Assembly: GCA_000934665.2 (NCBI GenBank)
Contig: KZ538285.1
Coordinates: 62,001-88,440, forward strand
Direction: 5' to 3'
DNA length: 26,440 nt
DNA from: Catajapyx aquilonaris
Lineage: Eukaryota
Shown: one piece after another, positions 1-10,739 of the stretch
Numbering within the stretch: position 1 is the first letter of the stretch
Layout of the letters: the number at the start of each line of letters is the position of its first letter
Program-made: the position numbers and the translations under genes
The notes under the pieces: generated by a model
Told to the model about the DNA's origin: nothing
Seen by the model: only the letters and a program-made list of their open reading frames with translations
The model's database searches: none

Positions 1-240
1 GTAGCTTGCAAGACCTCCCAAGACCCTTGTAGTACTACTCACCACTAATACCCTCCACTTGACTCCCACTCAGAATCATAAGAGCAACAGGCCTTCCCTT
101 CTAGTTTAGTAGAAGGCAAGCTCTCAACAAAAACCTGCATTTAAGCTCAACAACCCAAATTGACTCAACATGACGCCCTTTCATCACGTCAATTCCCGTC
201 AAGTGCTGCCTATCATTATTTATGTACCCGAATTCCGCAG

Positions 241-672
241 TGACCTAGCATTATCTATGCACATGAAACGTGCCCACTTGTTGTTGTTTTTTTATGTATG
301 TCTGTCTTTCCTGCTTTGGAAGCCGCATTCCCAATGGCCCTGAGCACATTCTTCAAAGTCATCACTCGTGTTCCGCAGTCCAGGAAACTCCCTGAAGAAT
401 GCGGATAAGTATTGGATAACACACAAACTCCTTTGTTGGATGGCAGCACTACATACATGTGTTGCGCATGCATCAATTGAAGTGTGGAATGATTTCAGAA
501 CAGCATTTCTTGCTAGGGCCAAGATGAATGGAAATGTGCCGAAAGGAGATCCCGCAGCAGGTGTCCTCGTCTTAAGACGCGGGAGAAGAAGAAGAAGAAG
601 AAAAATAGGTCGGGGATTTGGGAATGGAAAAAAGATATATGTACCAGGGAAATGGATTTCGCCTCGAAAAAA
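241..672 (+). pseudogene. CTLD remnant (locus C)
   Basis: Follows acceptor ttccgcag|240. Reads PTCCCFFMYVCLSCF (CY.f..lsW equivalent), CWMAAL (fWig equivalent), then QDEWKCAERRSRSRC and SGIWEWKKDICTREMDFASKK (W..C...f.Ckk). Confidence 0.6.
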
Positions 673-979
673 GAAGGAAATCGATCCGCAACAGCGAAGT
701 GTCCAAGAAACTAAGCTAGGGGGTGTAAATTAGTTTTCAACTGGCGCGAAGAGATTTGGGAGTTTGAAGCGTGGATAGGAGAAGCACATTGCTACTTTTT
801 TCCCCCCAAGCTAGAAGTAGCAGAATTTTATGGAAACCTGCAGTTAAAATCAGTACATTTGTGTTCCTATAAATGCATGGTGTGAACCGAACCCTGAACA
901 ATGCTGGAACAATGTGTGTGAATTGAGAACCCCTGCTAACCGTCTATTATCGCACATGTGAAGTCACACCCGCGTCTAG

Positions 980-1440
980 TTAGCCAGTGATTTGCTGTGC
1001 ACAAAGTTGCGACCGAACTTTTCATTTGTAATGACAAAAGCATTGCTAGTCCTCGTAATATGAGCATGGAAGCAAAAGTCGGAGCGCATAAATGATGCGA
1101 CACAAAAAAGCACTTGGTAAAACGACAAAAAAAAAACTGGTTGACTCATTTTTGGAATGGAAACAAGACACATCAACAGCTCTACAAATACTTCTGCATT
1201 GATAAAATCAAAGCGCCACTTGAGCGGGGACAACTTATATTGCAGTCGGCCCAAGTGGACAGGGGTAGGGGGAGGGGGGCAAAAAACCGTCCATTTCGGA
1301 AATAGAACTTGGACAATCCGTCTATCGAAACTACGCGGGTGCCCATTTGGAACCGCGCAAAAAAACCAGGAAAAAAAAGAGTTTGAAGGCAAGTTATGAC
1401 TTGGCCATTTAGCCAGGAAAAATTTATTGCTCTGGCACAT
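980..1440 (+). pseudogene. CTLD remnant (locus C)
   Basis: RNMSMEAKVG..KHLVK (sW.eA...C..hLv), YFCIDK (yfWIg equivalent), PKWTG, GCPF, EGKL*..KNLLL. Needs several frameshifts in A/G runs. Confidence 0.45.
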
Positions 1441-2257
1441 CGATTCGGTCCGCCCACCCCCCCCCCCACCTCCTCTTTTTTTTCTAATCTGCCCCCACTG
1501 CCAATGGACACACTCTGACAAAACATTCACGGCTGCGCATTTCCCTAGCTAAATCAATAGTGGCTAAGTCAGTTCCACATCACTCTTCCTCCAAACTCTC
1601 CTGGAAAAAACTAGGATAAAATTGTAATTTCCAAGCAGTTCGATGAATCGGTGCCCGTTTACGAGCACTTGCCACCAAGGACTTTTCTTTACAACTTCCA
1701 GTATTTTTTTTTTCTCGTTGTTGTTTTTTTTACGGCTCTCTAACTTGTACCCGAAGACCGCTTTGAAGAATATGGCCCACTCAAACCCCACTGTTTCGCG
1801 GTCAGAAACTTTTCATAAGCACACTGCACATATATTGGCAACAATGGCCGTATAAAAATAATCGAATTAGTGCCGCTCAAAAGGGTTTTTATCCGACCAG
1901 AATCCCTTTTCTAGGGGGGAAGCTTGCTGCTCTGGACAAAAGTGGACCCAGCGATTAGTGGACATTGACCCGCTGTCCCGGAGTAATGATTATTGCCGAA
2001 TCAGGATTTTACGTGTTGGGTAGCGGTGCTCTTTTTAATCCCCGACTAAATCTAGGTACAAGGGCAGTTTGCATCGACTTACACGTCAATTAGATCAGGG
2101 TTGTTGTAACGATCATTTCATACGTGATTAACAGGATAAGCCTACTTTATTGCACTCGTGATTAATACTTCCATAATGATGACAGGAAAAAGTCATGTCG
2201 GATGCATAGACTCTCAATGAAGTGCAGTGTCAGATATCGACTGCTCCATGAGGGCTC

Positions 2258-2354
2258 AAATTCGCGAATTATTAATTCAAACCTACATTAGCTTAATAGT
2301 AACTTTGAAATAATTATTCGCGAATTTTACACGAATTTTACACGAATTTTACAC
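2258..2354. repeat. Imperfect 24-bp-stem inverted repeat followed by 3 tandem copies of an 11-mer
   Basis: aaattcgcgaattattaattcaaa (2258-2281) pairs imperfectly with tttgaaataattattcgcgaattt (2304-2327). (cgaattttaca)x3 at 2321-2353. Confidence 0.85.
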
Positions 2355-2969
2355 CACACCAACTCAAAAAATAGGCTCACATTTATTTAGTTAGACCTAA
2401 AGCAAACTAAGTGCGAATGCTGCCCAATACGATCAAATCAATGTACCAGTAAGTAATTCAGAGAGCTAAAGTGCTACCACTTTGATCAGATTCCACAATC
2501 AATAAATGGAGGCTATTAGATAATTAATGTGACCGATGTGAAGAGGCACCTTTTTGGAGGGAAAAAATCTAAAGAGTGCCCATTTACGCCTGTGAAGCGA
2601 CAAAAAAAATGGTGGAACGGAGGCTTGAGAGTTGTATTATCCCCCCTCTTTTCCAAGCCTTAGCCTTTCACGCGTATTAGCATTAGGGAAGATTGCGCGT
2701 TCAGCTTTAGACTCGCCGACACACAAAAAAGTCCCACAAAGGGGACAGGGAAGAGACTCCATGTTGCCACTCGACAGCGAGTGCATAACTTTCGGTACAC
2801 CCTGTTTTTCAACAGTAACTAATCAGGACGAGATATTGTAATAACCTCCGTTTGAAATAGTGCTTGCCAATATGCAATGTCAGAAAGAGAGCAATTGTCA
2901 CAATAGTATGTCAGGTGACATTGGTTGGCAACAGTGTGCAGCTGGTTGTGTCGATCTTTTGTCACCTAG

Positions 2970-3458
2970 GTACAAGAGGTAGGGTGACCGGGACAAAACG
3001 GCAAGGCCGACTAACCTGGGTCTCCCCTCAACAATACGTACAAAAAAAAACAGCAAGAATACATTGAATGTGGGTTTGGGGTCTGTACCTTCCACGCACG
3101 ATTTTTCGACGTGTCGGCGTTTATAACGACACGCGGGGAATTTGAATGGGGAAAAAAGTTCATTCAGAAAAGAGCTTAACTTTTTCCAGCGACCCGGGAC
3201 ACAAAACCGTTTTCCTTCTTCCAGAGATATTGGTTAGGGTGGAGAAAACGTGAAAGAACTGGTGGAGATGCTTTCAAGTGAGTGACTGGGGACCCTGTTG
3301 CAAAGTGTTTGTGGAAGAGAAACGTCCCTTTCCATACAATCGGGGACAAGGTTTGCTTAGTCCTATGAAGAAGCACTCCAATAATGACCTCCACCTACCA
3401 TATTTACAACAACAAGAACACCTGACACAACTCTTCAGACATTTTCATTGTGCAATGA
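2970..3458 (+). pseudogene. CTLD remnant split by a short intron (locus C)
   Basis: First exon: GRLTWVSPQQY..LGSVPSTHDF..VSAFI. After acceptor ttcttccag|3224: RYWLGWRKRERTGGDAFK*VTGDPVAKCLWKRNVP....DKVCLVL...DIFI, matching YWIG / F.W.dG / W...eP / C / FIC with TGA in place of Trp at 3279-3281. Confidence 0.75.
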
Positions 3459-3594
3459 AAATGTTGTTTCTGGTACCAGGCCTAGCTCGCGTGTTCCCTA
3501 AACTAAGAGTGACAATGGGTGTTTCCCTGTAGCCACGGATCTGAAAGGAGTCAGCCTGCTTTAAAAATAATAATGACATTAATACTGCAAGTAG

Positions 3595-4014
3595 ATGATT
3601 GGATCCAAGGGCACACTTGTGGGCTCACAAAAAATATATACTCCTAGTCAAATTCGCCGTCTAGATGTCTGCACCGTCATCAGCAGCCGCCTAATAATTA
3701 CTAAGGCCATGGTTAGGAACCTTTCTGAAACACATGCGGAGGACGGACATGCGTCAACAGCTGCGCCAGTCACCCCCTGACTTTCCCACATCATGTGTTC
3801 CAGCAAGGTGCATAGTACTGAACTGTCACCACCATGACACCGTCGCGCTGTCTAATTTTCTGGACACGTCTTGTGTGCCTATAGCCAGCAAACTATAGTC
3901 CCTGAATTGGCTTTCTCCCTGTCACTAGGCCAGCATGTGTACCTAAAGCCAAGATGGCGAATGGATTGGGCCTGCCTCGATCATTTATGTCCTACACGCC
4001 GCTGGCTCTGTGCA
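3595..4014 (+). pseudogene. CTLD remnant (locus C)
   Basis: Acceptor caagtag|3594. DWIQGHTC..., LDVCTVISSRL, Y*TV..IFWTR, PACV/YLK/QDGEW/WACLDHLCPTRRWLC, matching CV.l..dG.W...C...lC. Confidence 0.65.
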
Positions 4015-4121
4015 ATGTCTCCCAGAAACCCTCCCCACCCCCACCTCTTTAATGAGGTTTGAGGCGAACCGAGTCTGCTGCCTTTTCCTTTTGGCAGAAT
4101 CCCAATAGTCTTCTCTTGCAG

Positions 4122-5436
4122 AATTTAAGGTAGAGAGGGACCGGCAATTCTGGGGCGGCAATTGTAATTGCAAATGGCGCAGAATCCAGATCTTTCCGAG
4201 TCTCCCGGGAGGTGGCACATAATTACCCCTGTTGATCTCTAGGCTCAAACCTCTTCATTACTCACTCAGACGCAGCATACTGATTCCCCCAAGGACCCAC
4301 TTCACATCCTCCCTGTTTCTTATTGTTCAAATTTTTTATAGGCGAGGGCAAAAATGTTACGACTTACTGCCGTAGTTAATTTTAATCGCGAAAGTGAATT
4401 ACTCTAACTTGCGCGTCATCCCCCTTACCCCTATAAGCATAACAAGAAGCTAACCCTCCTAACCCGTTGAAAGTTTTAATGCTATGGGTATGTTACGTCA
4501 TGCTAATCTGCAAGTGAGGTAACAAATGAGATTTTGAGCCGTGACAGAATGAGCGGAAAAATCTTACCCAACTTTTTTTTATATATATTACAGATCCAGT
4601 ATCCTTTTGTTGCGAACAATATCGGTTGTCGATATTGCCGCTCCCAGCTTAGCCAACTTCCAAGACAAGACGAAGAAAGAGCGAGGTCTTTAACCCTTTT
4701 TTTCCCCCCCTTTCTGCCAACCTTTGTAAGTACCAGTGTTTCGGCGGTACCGACAAGAAAATTGCAACAGTGCGGCCCGGAAAGAAGAAAAGGCGGGATC
4801 TTTACTGTAATCTGGACGCATTCAGTCGGCCTTTCGCTAAATTACTAGTCTAGGGCTGGAGAAGTAAAAAGAGACAGAAAGGTATACAAACTGGCACGAG
4901 CTGCTCGTGCCATGATAAACGAGTTCGGAATTTTCCAGGAGGAAGGAGGGGGGACACCAGGGGGGGGGGGGGGGGAGGACGAGGGTGGAAAAATGATCCA
5001 CCAGGCTTACATCCTCCCCGAAAAATATCAGCAAGGCGGATCTCCTGAACAAAGAAAAAAAAAGAATGCCAAGTACAAAAAGTACCCCCTTCAGGAAAGG
5101 CCTTTAATTTGGCCACGTGAGCATGTATTGAGTCGGAATGATTGGTCGCCTTCCATTGGGAGCCCCCCTACCCTGAGTCGACAACTGTTTATGATGGGAG
5201 GCTGGGCCCCCGTTACTTCATTGAAAGGCGGCGGCGGAACCGCTCGTTTCCCCACCGACATTGTTCCTTGGCTCCCAGAGCAAAGATGCCAGGCTGCTCC
5301 TCCCCTAAACCAGATCTACGCGATCATCAGTGTTGCTCTGCACCTTCCTAGATATCAATCATCGGCTCAAGTACTGTCATTCATCATAAGTTTGGAGAGG
5401 ATGAACTGTGCCATATACTCCTGTGACAAAGTGTGA
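4122..5436 (+). pseudogene. Last three CTLD remnants of locus C
   Basis: 4122-4518: KWRRIQIF..LPGGGT*L ... MLICK then donor gtaac. 4594-~5117: SANLCKYQC..KKIATV, VIWTHS, RPLIW. ~5140-5436: RYFIE..HRHCSL ... RMNCAIYSCDKV-TGA. Confidence 0.5.
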
Positions 5437-6024
5437 GTCCCTGATACACGCTGACGTATGTACTGTCAAAAACGTACCTTGGTGCTAATACAATCAAAAT
5501 GAATCAAATGAAAATCAAAATTATTGGAAAAAACACAACCTTTTTTTTGAGAGTACCTGTTAGGGCTTTCACTTGAACTGCGATTTGGTCATGTGCACAT
5601 TGGTCCGGTTTTTTGAAGAGCTGATCGATTGAGAGGCCGCAGAAATGGTCACTTATGGGCGTATGGAATTGCAAATTCATGGACTCCCCCATCCATCTTC
5701 ATCCAACATGAGTCCACCCAATTTTGACTTGCTTTCATAGCCTTTGTGTAGTGTACCATTCCAAAAGGTGGAGGGCGATGTATGAATTTCAAACTCCATA
5801 GGTCCTATACATTGACTGATAAAGGGTTTGTTCCCGGCACATGCACGCAAGGAGCATTGTCTCCGTCAGCATGGTCTCGATACACCACATGCAATTTTAA
5901 TTTTGTATTATGGCTTTATCAACTGGTTATGATGTCGCATATATTATCAGAATACGCACTATATATTTTAATTAAGAATGCATATCTAAAGTTAGCTCAT
6001 TATTGCTAGTGTATATTTATTTAA

Positions 6025-6331
6025 ATAACATCCATAATGATGCTTGGTGCTACACTCTTTATAGGCATTATAACAGCGACATAAAGTTAAATCAAATACT
6101 CCGAATATTTCTTTGAAATAATGAAATCAATTCCAGCACTGCAATGATTTTCAAATGCTGAACAAATTAATGTTACCCAATGTCACTTAAAATTTGGTGT
6201 ATAACATCATCTATCGTTACTGCGCAGGCTTGTACTGGGCTGCAAGTATTTTAATGATAATAAAACCCAATCAACTGACAAGTAGAGTATAGGCCAGGCC
6301 CTATACTCTGTGATGATGTGTATAGCTCTAT
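6025..6331 (-). pseudogene. CTLD remnant (locus A)
   Basis: Acceptor tctctgcag|. HIITEYRAWPI../TCQLIG, HWVTL, NAYKECSTKHHYGCY (C..k..yiC). Confidence 0.6.
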
Positions 6332-6469
6332 CTGCAGAGACAATTCATGAATATCGTGATCTTGAGCCTATTAGTATACTAATACTATACTAATAATTAT
6401 TATACAATCGAACTTCTGTCACTTTTGCCATGTGAAATAATGCATCAATTTACACAATCTGCATTTAAA

Positions 6470-7200
6470 CTAAAGTTCAACAAAATAAAATGACCTAATA
6501 ATACAAACTATTAATTTAGTGCTAATAAGCGATAATGTGTATATAGAGGTACTCAATACACCTATAACATCGGCTGGAATTGTAATTGCAGTAAATTCAC
6601 TATAATAACACCGCATTAACAGGCCTATTCTATTATTGGTATTATGAGTAAAATGTCGTCGTTCTATATATACCGGTATAATGGCAATACTCAAAACAGC
6701 GTGATTTACATCCACTTTGTGTCTACCGTGCGAAGGCGTACATAATGCCAATATCGAATGATCTATATTGATCGGAAATACGAATCTCCTCCACTTCAGG
6801 TTATACCTATACTGAAAGCAGCATCGTCCCGCAATCGATATGCTTTTCGTGCACTTGCGAAAAACCGCAAGTGCCAGCACTATTTGCACAGCTGCTTCAC
6901 AAGCACACATACTTTTTCCACATCCTGTCCGTGCTAGCTGGGCCAACATATTTGTGCCTACATCTGGAAGACGCATAAAGCGTAATTATATACACTGCAT
7001 CAGCGAGTACTCGACCGTGGCAATTATGGGGGCGGCCGTCAAAGCCGAGCCGAAACGCGAGACGACGGCGATGTCGATGACGACCACGATGAGTCAGTTT
7101 TCCACTCCAGCAATTTGGCCCCCCAAAAAAACAGGCAGACACACATATGTAACGTACATAAGTTATCCAGAAAAGGGCTCCTGGAGGTGTTAATGGCGCG
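6470..7200 (-). pseudogene. Two adjacent CTLD remnants (locus A)
   Basis: GAKLLEW, AFRLGF (CGG for TGG, fWlG), YALCVF, RTGCGKSMCACE end one domain. KCTKSISIAGRCCFQYRYNLKWRR begins the next. Partly covered by ORF 6470..6976. Confidence 0.6.
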
Positions 7201-7499
7201 CTTTTTTAAAAGGTCTTTTCTATGTAAAAAAAATGGAAACTAATGATGATGGTGGTCCCCTCCTCCAAAAAATGCTTTAGTTCAGGCTAATGGTCCCCCA
7301 AAACCAGAGTGAGGCTGGGGGTTGGAGGCCCCCTCCTCCACCCTTCCCTTGCACGCGTGTGTCGCATCCTTTGAAGCCAGAGAGGCCAGCTCATTCATTA
7401 AAAACAATGTAGGGGAGGGGAGAGCATGGAAAAGGGGGAGGGATTGACCCTAGCAATCTTCAGGTCACTTCCCAAGGTGCATATTTTCAGAACACTACT

Positions 7500-9520
7500 T
7501 TTAGTGTCCTAACATGCATGCTTGCAAAACCCGTAACGCATTGTATCCTGACTGCCAGTCATAAACAGTGCACAGGAGGTCCTTAATCCTGCAAACCCGG
7601 CCATAACTACAGAACGGTAATTACTCTGTACACAGTGTATGTTTATACGTGTGGGAATTGCGAATTTGGTGCAAACTCATCACTAGAATGGACCAAGGGG
7701 TTGCTGGGTAGGATCCTGAGCACCCTCTGGATTCTTTCAAGCGTGCAGCATCCGTACAGTTGGATTAGTCTCTCTATTCATCATCTTACATTGTGAAACT
7801 TCTCTTATTAATTGCATGCGAAATCGCGGCTCGGACAAAAGGGAACCGGTCTCCCCCCCGACCCCCAGATGCAATGTAACATCATACTCCGTAAGCCATA
7901 ATGAGCCCTCCTATCAGGAGTGTATCAGGAGACTTGTGCATAAGGCACGTGTCGCGGCATGGCGTCATACGCTCATGAGAGCACAGCTTGTCAATATCGC
8001 AGAACAAAAGTGTGCCGTTACCTAATTAGACACAAAGGACAACTTGTAACCTGCGCCACTATACGTTACTCGCCCCGCAAGGGGAACACTACTTGTTAAC
8101 ACTATTAGCAATTATGAAGTTACAACTTACGGCACGTGGGAGTAACTTCCTAAATTCCTGACAGGACGGCACCTGTATGAAATTTCACTTCTTTTGTTAT
8201 GATCATTGCCTTGAGTACAGTAACTACAGTTGCATTAAGCTCTGAGCTTGATTGCAAGTTTCACATTTTTCTTGAATTGTCCCCATTCTCTGACTGTTGC
8301 TGCTATACCGACGCAGAAACACAAGGTTAGAAGTTACTATTGACGTGCTTTTTTTGTCAACAAAATAATATCCGTGCAGTCTGTCTGCACATGCCTGATA
8401 TATAGGCTACCACTCCCCAAAAAAAAGTACCGTGCTAATTTCTACAGGCCTATTTATTTCCCGGCTGTAAGTTATATCTAGACACATCTACTACTTGTAC
8501 ATGAGCTCCTGCTATCCCAACATCAATATAGGGCAAGCAGCCGGAGGTGCGATAAGCATACATTTTTCATGCCCTTACAATCGCCCCCTTTAAAAACACG
8601 ACACCCACCAACGACCAGTTAAAAAAATGGGGACAAGTGCACAGTCCCGCATTAAAGGAGCCCTGTCCTCGTATCCATTAATACGCACAATTAGCCCAAT
8701 ATCAGTTACCTGTAATCGAATAATTTTTGAGCATAATCAGCAATGACACCATAGTTTCCATGTCAGTGTAATTAGTTTAAATTCCTGATCAATAGGCATG
8801 GAATGGATATCTTGGTCAGGTCTGCCCCGGGATGCCCCCCCTAGTAATGTCCCCATACATAAGCGCGGGAGCTAGGGCGCAGCCGCCCCTTTTTGGCCTT
8901 TTCTCTCTCTCTCCAGCCCGCCGGAGTAGGGTTAGGCAGTGGCGCACACCCTAGTCAGTCAGTCGCGGCTCGACACCGCCGACACCCGGACACGCGCCCG
9001 CACTTGTCCCTGTCCTTTGTCGCATGTGGAGTGCGGACATGGCGACGTGTTCCGGTTGCAGACTCTGATTTACCTTGTGCTACCTGGCGACTGGGGGTAT
9101 GCTCTTGGATCATCGGGATGGAGAGGGTCGTCGCTTTTGCGCTTGTCTTCTGCATTACCACTACTATGGGTGAGTTGGATTTTTTAACAAAAGTTTGGTG
9201 ACAGGTGTGGACGTGACCTGTTGTCCGGATCCGGATGAATAAGAAGGGAGGTGTTATAAATTACTGTGGGGGTGTACTAAAACGGTTTTAGAATGTCGTA
9301 AAGCATTGGTTTTACAATGAGAAAACTTGGGGCTGGAGTTATTCAAAAGTTTTTACACCACTTCTCTTTTGTGCGCTGTAAACTTTATGGCAGGCAAGTC
9401 CACCGGAGGACGAAAAAAAAAAGTGGGGGGCCGGAAATTCTAAATCTTCGCAACAAGCGAAAAATTTGCGTATGTTCCAACAGCGGGCATACAATTTGCC
9501 ACTTATCTGTGGGAAGAAAT
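7500..9520 (-). pseudogene. Four CTLD remnants (locus A)
   Basis: 8940-9520: QISGKLYARCW..CC..DLPAI ... LTRVC. 8450-8940: PAGW..HY*GGHPGADLTKI, IGL, FFNWS, HEKCMLI. 8130-8440: GMCRQ, FCVG. 7500-8050: SV*RHA/RDTC..GGL. Confidence 0.5.
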
Positions 9521-9574
9521 CTGGCGGGCGGAAAGGGTAGAATTAGGAAACGACACGTCCACGGACCATAAACC

Positions 9575-9975
9575 TTAACCTACATCAAAGCTGAATACAT
9601 GTTTTTTTTTTTGCACTCCACAACAACTTTTCTGCCTATAGCTCTGTGGCCAATAGCCGCAACACGTGGTCGAGCCAAACACTCGTGCAAACACTAGTGC
9701 ATACCCGGAAGCTCCCCACTTATTCGAGGTGACCTCAGCGTTTGGGAATCCTGAAAATCCGACGCTGACCCCAAAATATCCGAAATGCGAGCGCAACAAT
9801 GTATACTGCGCCGCTCCGACGCTGCGTTGATGGCTGCAATAAGTTCCAGGGTCGCCGAATGCATTTTAATTGCCGATAATACCCAGCCCTTAGTCTGACC
9901 ACTTTTTTTGTGCAGTTTCCACGAAAGTCGCGTATTCAAGGAATGTGTACCCATCGCTAAAAGTTAAGGGCCGAT
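9575..9975 (-). pseudogene. CTLD remnant (locus A)
   Basis: Acceptor ctaattttag|. ETAQKKWSD.., LIAAINAASE (LasI.s..E), GYFGVS (fWv equivalent), KVVVECK. Confidence 0.45.
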
Positions 9976-10009
9976 CTAAAATTAGTGCACTATTTCATCC
10001 GGGCGTACT

Positions 10010-10660
10010 CATGCGGGTGGCGACAAAAAAAAATTTGTGACCCCCCGTGCTGGTAATTGGCCCACTACAGGTCAGGACGGGAAACCACCAAAAAGAGATG
10101 GAACTTTATATCCTTCCCCATCTCGCCACATGCTTACAAATTGGCTTGGCAAAAATCCCGTAGAAGTATGAAATTTCTGAGCCGGCATTCAGATCACGTC
10201 TGTTGATTACTCTTCTTCCAAGATGGCAGCCGATTTCCTAATTAAAACTATCTCAGACGCCTATAATTGGGGCTCTAACGCTGTTATAAATCTGCAGTAC
10301 GTTACCTCGCTTGTTTCCTGTGCATGTTGCCAAGAGTCCATATAAAAAAAACTGCGGGGCCGTAATCTGCTTTTCATTGCTCTTGTGGCATGTCGTACAC
10401 AAAATCTCTGGCAGCCCTTTTCGTGAAAACTGGTTTAAAGCGTGTGAACAGGCCCTTAGCATGGACGTGTTAGTCATGAATACTAATTCCGCAATAGACA
10501 AGAAAATTAGCCGCGGCTGCTGATAAGTCTTGAGAAGAAGGTTGGCAAAATATTGGCCTAGTTTGTCGCCAGTTTTTGTGTGCTGCCAGATATTTATGGC
10601 CTGGTCTTATACATACGCTACCGGTTAGGTCGTTTGTTATTGGCAATGGGCAAATGCCTC
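10010..10660 (-). pseudogene. CTLD remnant in two exons (locus A)
   Basis: Exon 10306-10660 has a clean acceptor and donor and no frameshift: ICPLPITNDLTGSVCIRPGHKYLAAHKNWRQTRPIFCQ...FIWTLG (2 stops). After a 68-bp intron: VI*MPAQ...FVSMWRDG...WW..LTC...NFFC. Confidence 0.75.
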
Positions 10661-10739
10661 CTGCAGAGACAATTAGTCTAACATCAATCCACGCTGCGTG
10701 AGGCGTAATTCAATAACTATACTACTATAGCGTAAAAAT

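Larger units (their letters stand above)
1..5436 (+). pseudogene. Locus C: 3' part of a degenerate multi-C-type-lectin-domain gene (about 12 tandem CTLDs; start lies upstream of the window)
   Basis: CTLD motifs (tW..A...C / G.La.i / fWiG / W.dG / CV / W...C...fiC) recur about every 400-500 bp on + when stops and frameshifts are bridged. Examples: SGIWEWKKDICTREMDFASKK (610-672), FLGGKLAALDK (~1908-1940), FWREKI*RVPIYACE (~2550-2597), MLICK (~4500-4514), final ERMNCAIYSCDKV-stop (to 5436). Short introns such as GT4519..AG4593. Confidence 0.75.

Noticed and set aside
1070..1460. Ty3/Gypsy integrase C-terminus (ELGQSVYRNY..., HIDSVRP)
   Set aside because: No RT, RNase H, DDE core or LTRs nearby. 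The same bases give ordered CTLD landmarks consistent with the flanking domains.
976..1530. Longest ORF (184 aa, minus strand) and other F/K/P/G-rich ORFs
   Set aside because: Homopolymer-driven composition, antisense to CTLD remnants, with no recognisable domain.
3660..4000. Second integrase-like fragment (LGQHVYLK..DGEWIGP)
   Set aside because: Better explained as the CTLD CV.l..dG.W...C...WLC ending, inside an exon with a proper acceptor.
8177..8255. Plus-strand signal-like MKFHFF/VMIIALSTV
   Set aside because: Needs a frameshift, has a non-canonical donor, and overlaps a minus-strand CTLD.
9118..9169. Plus-strand signal-peptide exon MERVVAFALVFCITTTMG followed by GTGAGT, with upstream TCAGTC
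   Set aside because: No downstream plus-strand exons were found, and it lies antisense to a hydrophilic loop of a minus-strand CTLD. Probably chance, though a nested antisense gene is not fully excluded.
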